Position numbers and translations under genes: made by a program. Of a stretch of 64,000 bases of DNA, positions 58,295-64,000 are shown one piece after another. Source of the stretch: Faecousia sp. (GTDB lineage: Bacteria; Bacillota; Clostridia; Oscillospirales; Oscillospiraceae); the NCBI GenBank assembly GCA_045119355.1, contig JBGVDK010000129.1, positions 104-64,103 on the forward strand. Reading direction: 5' to 3'. The notes below the pieces were generated by a model that was given only the letters and a program-made list of their open reading frames with translations, had not been told where the DNA came from and made no database searches. Numbering within the stretch: the first letter of the stretch is position 1; every line of letters starts with the position of its first letter.

Positions 58295-58475
58295 TGGATC
58301 TTTTTACATTGGCCTATAACTCGAAGCCTTTCGTCATCTACCCATAGATAAAGTCCCGTCCATTCGGACGGGACTCATTTTTGGCTTTGCTACCGCAGGA
58401 ACGTTACCGAGTGGTTTCTGCTCGCGTAACGATTACCACAGTACCGTGCACGAGGAGCCAGCGGCGGCTCGCCGC

Positions 58476-60017
58476 TTACTTGGCGAACTCCACAGCCTTG
58501 GTCTCGCGGATGACGTTGACCTTGATCTGACCGGGATATTCCAGCTCCTGCTCGATCTTCTTGGCAATGTCACGGGCCAGCAGGATCATGTTGTCCTCGG
58601 TGACCACTTCGGGCTTGACCATGATGCGGATCTCGCGGCCTGCCTGGATGGCGTAGGCCTTGTCCACGCCGGGCCAGGAGCCGGTGAGCTCCTCCAGCTT
58701 CTGCAGACGGCGGATGTAGTTCTCCACATTCTCCCGTCTCGCGCCGGGACGGGCGGCGGAAATGGCGTCCGCGGCCTGGACCAGAACGGCGGTGATGGTC
58801 TTAGGCTCCACGTCGCCGTGGTGGGCCTCGATGGCGTTGACGATGACAGGGTTCTCCTTGTACTTCCGGGCAAGATCCGCGCCCAGCTGCACATGGCTGC
58901 CCTCCATCTCGTGGTCCACAGCCTTGCCCAGGTCATGCAGCAGACCCGCGCGCTTGGCAACGGCCACGTCCATGCCCAGCTCTCCGGCCAGAAGGCCCGC
59001 GATGTGGGCGACCTCGATAGAGTGGTTCAGAACGTTCTGGCCGTAGGAAGTGCGGTACTTCTGGCGGCCCAGAATCTTCACCAGCTCGGGGTTCAGGTTG
59101 TGCACACCGGTTTCGTAGCAGGCACGCTCGCCTTCCTCGCGGATGGTGCGGTCCACTTCCCGGCGGGCCTTCTCCACCATGTCCTCAATGCGGGTGGGAT
59201 GGATACGGCCGTCGGCAATGAGCTTCTCCAGAGCCAGCCGGGCAATTTCACGGCGGACAGGGTCGAAGCTGGATACGGTGATGGCTTCCGGCGTGTCGTC
59301 GATGATCAGATCGACGCCGGTGATGGTTTCGAGGGTGCGGATGTTCCGGCCCTCGCGGCCGATGATGCGGCCCTTCATTTCGTCGTTGGGCAGGGGCACC
59401 ACGGAAACGGTGGTCTCCGCGGCATGGTCAGCGGCGCAGCGCTGGATGGCGGTGGCGATGACCTCCCGGGCCTTGGTTTCGGCCTCGTCCTTGAGCTGGG
59501 CCTCAATCTCCTTGATCTTCATGGCGCTCTCGTGACGGACCTCGTTCTCCACGGTTTCCAGCAGATACTGCTTGGCCTGCTCCTGGGTCAGGCCGGAGAT
59601 CTCCTCCAGCTTGTCCTGCTGAGCCTGGCAGAGCTGATCGGCTCTGGCCTGGGTGTCGGCGACCTTGGCGAGGCGCTTGTTCAGCTCCTCTTCCTTCCGC
59701 TCGAAGGCCTCGGTCTTCTTGTCCAGGGTGGCTTCCTTCTGCTCCAGGCGGCGCTCCTGCTTGGAGAGCTCTGCCCGGCGCTCTTTGACCTCTTTGTCGT
59801 GCTCGGTGCGAGATTTATGGATCTCATCCTTGGCTTCCAGCAGCATTTCCTTCTTCTTGTTCTCGCCGCCGCGGATGGCCTCGTTGATGATGCGGGTGGC
59901 CTCTGCCTCGGCAGAGCCGATTTCCGCTTCAGCGACGCGCTTGCGGTAGGTGATGCCGATGAAGACACCGATGAGAACGCCGATCAAAGCTGCGATGGCG
60001 TAAAATAAAAAGTCCAT
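58476..60017 (-). CDS. rny: Ribonuclease Y
   Basis: N-terminal TM, coiled coil, [13 protein letters not shown] (KH), LLHDLGK (HD), [12 protein letters not shown]. Confidence 0.97.
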   Translation of the reverse strand: MDFLFYAIAALIGVLIGVFIGITYRKRVAEAEIGSAEAEATRIINEAIRGGENKKKEMLLEAKDEIHKSRTEHDKEVKERRAELSKQERRLEQKEATLDKKTEAFERKEEELNKRLAKVADTQARADQLCQAQQDKLEEISGLTQEQAKQYLLETVENEVRHESAMKIKEIEAQLKDEAETKAREVIATAIQRCAADHAAETTVSVVPLPNDEMKGRIIGREGRNIRTLETITGVDLIIDDTPEAITVSSFDPVRREIARLALEKLIADGRIHPTRIEDMVEKARREVDRTIREEGERACYETGVHNLNPELVKILGRQKYRTSYGQNVLNHSIEVAHIAGLLAGELGMDVAVAKRAGLLHDLGKAVDHEMEGSHVQLGADLARKYKENPVIVNAIEAHHGDVEPKTITAVLVQAADAISAARPGARRENVENYIRRLQKLEELTGSWPGVDKAYAIQAGREIRIMVKPEVVTEDNMILLARDIAKKIEQELEYPGQIKVNVIRETKAVEFAK

Positions 60018-60255
60018 AGTTTTCGCAACACACCTCCTTGTTAGAATTGGCTCTGATACCGGAGATGGCGCAAAAAGGCCCTTTGGCATATTCTGTTTGG
60101 CGTAATAAGCACCCGGACAGGGCGGTCCGGGGGCGGTTTGGGCTCACAAAAGAAAACGCCGAAAGGCGAATTTTGCATACGTTACCGGTATGGGAACCGG
60201 ATATCAGCAAACGCTGTCCCCGCGCACCGGGGGCAGCCTATACTAGTCCAAAGCT

Positions 60256-60284
60256 ATTTTACCTGCCAATGTGCATAATGTCAA
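60256..60284 (-). promoter_or_regulatory. sigmaA promoter for rny with an approximately 230-nt leader
   Basis: Minus-strand TTGACA-17 bp-TAAAAT. Confidence 0.7.
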
Positions 60285-60352
60285 GAAGAATTGCGGAAAA
60301 AGAATCCGGAACTGTGGAAAGTATCGGATTCCCCGGGCAGTGCGGCCATATC

Positions 60353-60465
60353 GTAGGGACCGGCGTCCTCGACGGTCCGCTCCGCCGAAAGGCGGCATTG
60401 TTTGCGGCAAAATTTGCCCATCGAGGTCAAATTTTACCGACCGGACCGTCGAGGCCGGTCCCTAC
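60353..60465. repeat. GTAG REPIN family A, 115-bp type
   Basis: Inverted REP pair; right REP has a 3-bp loop deletion. Confidence 0.92.
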
Positions 60466-60617
60466 GGCAACGCCATTACATTATATACAGATATGCGCCA
60501 AAACCATCCTTTTTTCGTGGACTGTACATTTAATATTGACATCTGTCCGCCTGGAGTGGTATAGTATAAAAATCCAGTACCTTCTGGGTACACTTCTTGG
60601 AAAAGGAGAGAAAGAAC

Positions 60618-61574
60618 ATGAAAAAACTGATTGCCATTGTCTGCGCCATGCTGATGGTGCTTTCCCTGTGCGCCTGCGGTTCCGCCGGGAAGCAGGAGAA
60701 GTATGTGGTCGGCATCTGCCAGCTTCTGACCCACGACGCCTTGGACGCGGCCACCCAGGGCTTCAAGGACGCCCTGGTCGCCGAGCTGGGCGAGGAGAAC
60801 GTGGAATTCAAGGACCAGGACGCCGGCGGCGAGTACGCCAACTGCGCCACCATCGTGGACGGCTTCGTGGCTGAAAATGTGGACCTGATCCTGGCAAACG
60901 CCACCGCTCCCCTCCAGGCCGCCGCCTCCGCTACCTCTGACATCCCCGTGCTGGGCACCTCCGTCACCGACTACGCCACCGCCCTGAACATCACCGACTG
61001 GACCGGCACCGTGGGCGGCAACATCTCCGGAACCTCCGACCTGGCGCCCCTGGACCAGCAGGCGGATATGATCGCCGAGCTGTTCCCCGAGGCTTCCACC
61101 GTTGGACTGCTGTACTGCTCCGCCGAGCCCAACTCCGTCTATCAGGTCACCAAAATGGCCGCTTACCTCGCCGACCTGGGCTACGCATCCAAGGAATTTG
61201 CCTTCGCGGACGTCAACGAGCTGGCCGCTGTCACCCAGTCCGCCTGCGACGAGTGCGACGTGATCTACATCCCCACCGACAACACCGCCGCCGCCTATAC
61301 CGAGACCATCGCCAACGTGGTCCTCTCTGCGGGCGTTCCCGTGGTGGCCGGTGAGAGCGGCATCTGCGCCGGCTGCGGCGTTGCCACCCTGTCCATCAGC
61401 TACTACGACCTGGGCTACACCACCGGTCAGATGGCCGCCAAGATCCTGAAGGGCGAGGCCGACGTCTCCGAAATGCCTGTGGAGTACGCTCCCGAGGTCA
61501 CCAAGATGTACAACGCCGCCAACTGCGAGGCGCTGGGCATCACCCCTCCCGACGGCTACGAGCCCATTGGATAA
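60618..61574 (+). CDS. ABC transporter substrate-binding lipoprotein (COG2984/TrpX-like), paralog 1
   Basis: Lipobox LCAC, HDALDAA..GF, NATAP, SAEPNS, PTDNT. Confidence 0.92.
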   Translation: MKKLIAIVCAMLMVLSLCACGSAGKQEKYVVGICQLLTHDALDAATQGFKDALVAELGEENVEFKDQDAGGEYANCATIVDGFVAENVDLILANATAPLQAAASATSDIPVLGTSVTDYATALNITDWTGTVGGNISGTSDLAPLDQQADMIAELFPEASTVGLLYCSAEPNSVYQVTKMAAYLADLGYASKEFAFADVNELAAVTQSACDECDVIYIPTDNTAAAYTETIANVVLSAGVPVVAGESGICAGCGVATLSISYYDLGYTTGQMAAKILKGEADVSEMPVEYAPEVTKMYNAANCEALGITPPDGYEPIG

Positions 61575-61767
61575 TTCTTCATGAATAAGTGAATAAGAGC
61601 GGAAAGTCCATCCGGGCTTTCCGCTTTTTTTGAAGGATTTCCCTCGGAAAAGACGGATTTTTTCTGGGGATATCCATTGACATTGAGAAACAGCGGATGT
61701 ATATTATTCTCATATTTCGTTTGCGGCGCACATCCGTCTGCGCGCCGTGGAAAAAGGAGAGAATGTT

Positions 61768-62751
61768 ATGAAGAAGCGCATCGCGATCGTGCTGGCGCTG
61801 GTTTTGGCGCTGAGCCTGTGCGCCTGCTCCGGCGAGGGCCAGGGCGAGACCGCCAACGGCGGCGAAACCACCGAAACCTACGTCGTCGGCATCTGCCAGC
61901 TGATGACCCACAACTCCCTGGACGCCGCTACCCAGGGCTTCAAGGACGCGCTGATCGCCCAGCTGGGCGAGGAGCACGTGGAATTCAAGCACCAGGACGC
62001 TGGTGGTGAGTACACCAACTGCGGCGTCATTGTGGACGGCTTCGTGGCCGAGGGTGTGGACCTGATCCTGGCAAACGCCACCCCTCCCCTTCAGGCCGCC
62101 GTGGCTGCCACCGCTGAGATTCCCGTGCTGGGCACCTCCGTCACCGACTACGCCACCGCCCTGAACATCGCCGACTGGACCGGCACCGTGGGCGGCAACG
62201 TCTCCGGCACCACGGACCTGGCTCCCCTGGACCAGCAGGCGCAGGTTATCCAGGAGCTGTTCCCCGATGCCGAAACCGTGGGCATGCTCTACTGCTCCGC
62301 CGAGCCCAACTCCGTCTACCAGATCACCCGGGTCAAGGGCTGCCTGGAAGAGATGGGCTACACCTGCGAGGAGTACGCCTTCGCCGACGTCAACGAGCTG
62401 TCCGCCGTCTGCCAGACCGCCTGTGACAACTCCGACGTGATCTACATCCCCACCGACAACACCTGCGCTACCTACACCGAGACCATCGCCAACGTGGTCC
62501 TGCCCGCAGGCATTCCCGTGGTTGCCAGCGAGGCCAGCACCTGCGCCGCCGCCGGTGTCGCCACCCTTGCCATCGACTACTACGATCTGGGCTACGCCAC
62601 CGGCCTGATGGCCGCCAAGATCCTCACCGGCGAGGCCGACGTCTCCACCATGCCCGTGGAGTCCGCAGGCGAAGCCACCAAGATGTACAACCCCGCCAAC
62701 TGTGAGCTTCTCGGCGTCACCGTTCCCGAGGGCTACGAACCTGTGGGCTAA
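61768..62751 (+). CDS. ABC transporter substrate-binding lipoprotein, paralog 2
   Basis: Highly similar to 60618-61574; own TTGACA-17 bp-TATATT promoter at 61677-61705. Confidence 0.92.
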   Translation: MKKRIAIVLALVLALSLCACSGEGQGETANGGETTETYVVGICQLMTHNSLDAATQGFKDALIAQLGEEHVEFKHQDAGGEYTNCGVIVDGFVAEGVDLILANATPPLQAAVAATAEIPVLGTSVTDYATALNIADWTGTVGGNVSGTTDLAPLDQQAQVIQELFPDAETVGMLYCSAEPNSVYQITRVKGCLEEMGYTCEEYAFADVNELSAVCQTACDNSDVIYIPTDNTCATYTETIANVVLPAGIPVVASEASTCAAAGVATLAIDYYDLGYATGLMAAKILTGEADVSTMPVESAGEATKMYNPANCELLGVTVPEGYEPVG

Positions 62752-62832
62752 AAAACGCGTAAAATGGAACAGCGGAAGGGGAGTTCTCCGCTTCCGCTGT
62801 TTTCCCATAAAAACCATTCCTTTGGAGGAAGC

Positions 62833-63768
62833 ATGAACATCATCACATCTTTCATCAATTCCCTGCCCGGCGCCTTTGGTCAGGGCCTCGCCTGGGGCGT
62901 CATGGCCCTGGGCCTGTACATCACCTACCGGGTGCTGGACATCTCCGACCTGACGGTGGACGGCTCCCTTGCCACCGGCGGCGCGGTCTGCGCCATCGCC
63001 ATCAGCCTGGGCGTCAATCCCTGGGTCGCCGTGCTGCTGGCGGTTCTCGCCGGTATGCTGGCGGGCCTGGTCACCGGCCTGTTCCACACGGTCTGCGGCA
63101 TCCCCGCGATCCTCTCCGGCATCCTGACCCAGCTGGCCCTGTATTCCATCAACCTGCGGATCATGGCCATCGGCTCCAACGCCAGCACCAAGGCCACCGT
63201 GGCATTGAGCGTGGATAACCACGCCCTGCTGCTGTCGAGCCGGTATGTCCGGGAGCTGAGCCTGCGCAATCCCCTGCTGCTGCTGGTCATCGTGGTCATC
63301 GCGGTGATCGGCCTGCTGTACTGGTTCTTCGGCACCGAGCTGGGCTGCGCCATGCGCGCCACCGGCGCAAATCAGAACATGGCCCGGGCCCAGGGCATCA
63401 ACACCGACTCCGGCAAGGTGCTGGCTCTCGTCATAGCCAATGGTCTCGTGGCCCTCTCCGGCGCGCTGCTGGCCCAGTATCAGGGCTCTGCCACCGTGGA
63501 CATGGGCCGGGGCGCCATCGTCATCGGCCTCGCCGCCGTGATCATCGGCGAGGTGGTCTTCGGCAAGATCTTCGTGAACTTCGCATTGAAGCTCCTGTCT
63601 GCCGTGCTGGGCGCCATCATTTATTATGTGGTCATCACCCTGGTGCTCCGGCTGGGTCTGGAATCCACCGACCTGAAGCTGCTGACCGCCCTGGTGGTGG
63701 CGGTGTTCCTCACCGTGCCCTACTGGAAGGATAAGTATTTCACCAAGACCGGAAAGGCAGGTGCCTGA
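62833..63768 (+). CDS. ABC transporter permease
   Basis: DLTVDGS, ILSGIL, MRATGAN, GLAAVIIGE. Confidence 0.92.
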   Translation: MNIITSFINSLPGAFGQGLAWGVMALGLYITYRVLDISDLTVDGSLATGGAVCAIAISLGVNPWVAVLLAVLAGMLAGLVTGLFHTVCGIPAILSGILTQLALYSINLRIMAIGSNASTKATVALSVDNHALLLSSRYVRELSLRNPLLLLVIVVIAVIGLLYWFFGTELGCAMRATGANQNMARAQGINTDSGKVLALVIANGLVALSGALLAQYQGSATVDMGRGAIVIGLAAVIIGEVVFGKIFVNFALKLLSAVLGAIIYYVVITLVLRLGLESTDLKLLTALVVAVFLTVPYWKDKYFTKTGKAGA

Positions 63769-63769
63769 G

Positions 63770-64000
63770 ATGCTGGAGATCAAAAATGTATGCAAGACCT
63801 TCAACCCCGGCACCATCAATGAGAAGGTTGCCCTGAAGGAGCTGAACCTGACCCTGAACGACGGGGATTTCGTCACCGTCATCGGCGGCAACGGCGCGGG
63901 CAAATCCACCATGCTGAACGCCGTGGCGGGCACCATTCAGGTGGATACGGGCTCCATCATTCTCGACGGCCGGGACATCACCCGCCTGCCGGAATTCAAG
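63770..64000 (+). CDS. ABC transporter ATP-binding protein (truncated by the window end)
   Basis: MLEIKNVCKTFNPGT...GGNGAGKST Walker A. Confidence 0.9.
   Translation, partial: MLEIKNVCKTFNPGTINEKVALKELNLTLNDGDFVTVIGGNGAGKSTMLNAVAGTIQVDTGSIILDGRDITRLPEFK

Overview
GC-rich Bacillota (Clostridia, probably Oscillospiraceae-like) chromosome window that begins at the replication origin. Gene order: dnaA-oriC-dnaN-yaaA-recF-gyrB-gyrA-rnhA; a three-gene Stn/Nfn-Bfu-like flavin/Fe-S oxidoreductase operon; mscL, serS and parAB with three parS sites; an SPFH cluster (hflK, hflC, flotillin); four tRNAs; sporulation genes (spoIVB, pdaA-like, a tiny Cys-rich ORF); a two-component system with htrA; prfC; a second type II topoisomerase pair; rny; and an ABC transporter. 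I found no transposase, integrase, CRISPR array or rRNA. Even so, almost every intergenic gap holds short palindromic repeats from at least six families: GTAG REP/REPINs, TGTCATCC/TGTCATTGC elements, CCTCTCCC elements, heptamer arrays and a 400-bp nested palindrome next to oriC. The most unusual feature is an array of hairpins punctuated by the heptamer GTGAAAT/ATTTCAC at a 25-bp period. It lies between tRNA-His and a four-helix-bundle (Avd/23S-IVP-like) gene. A second half-copy with compensatory stem changes and no gene lies behind tRNA-Gly(GCC). Other candidates: an orphan promoter-terminator unit (possible sRNA), a long structured rny leader, palindromic operators, and a GyrB lacking its catalytic glutamate (possibly a sequence error). 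All calls come from reading motifs by eye; no database searches were run.
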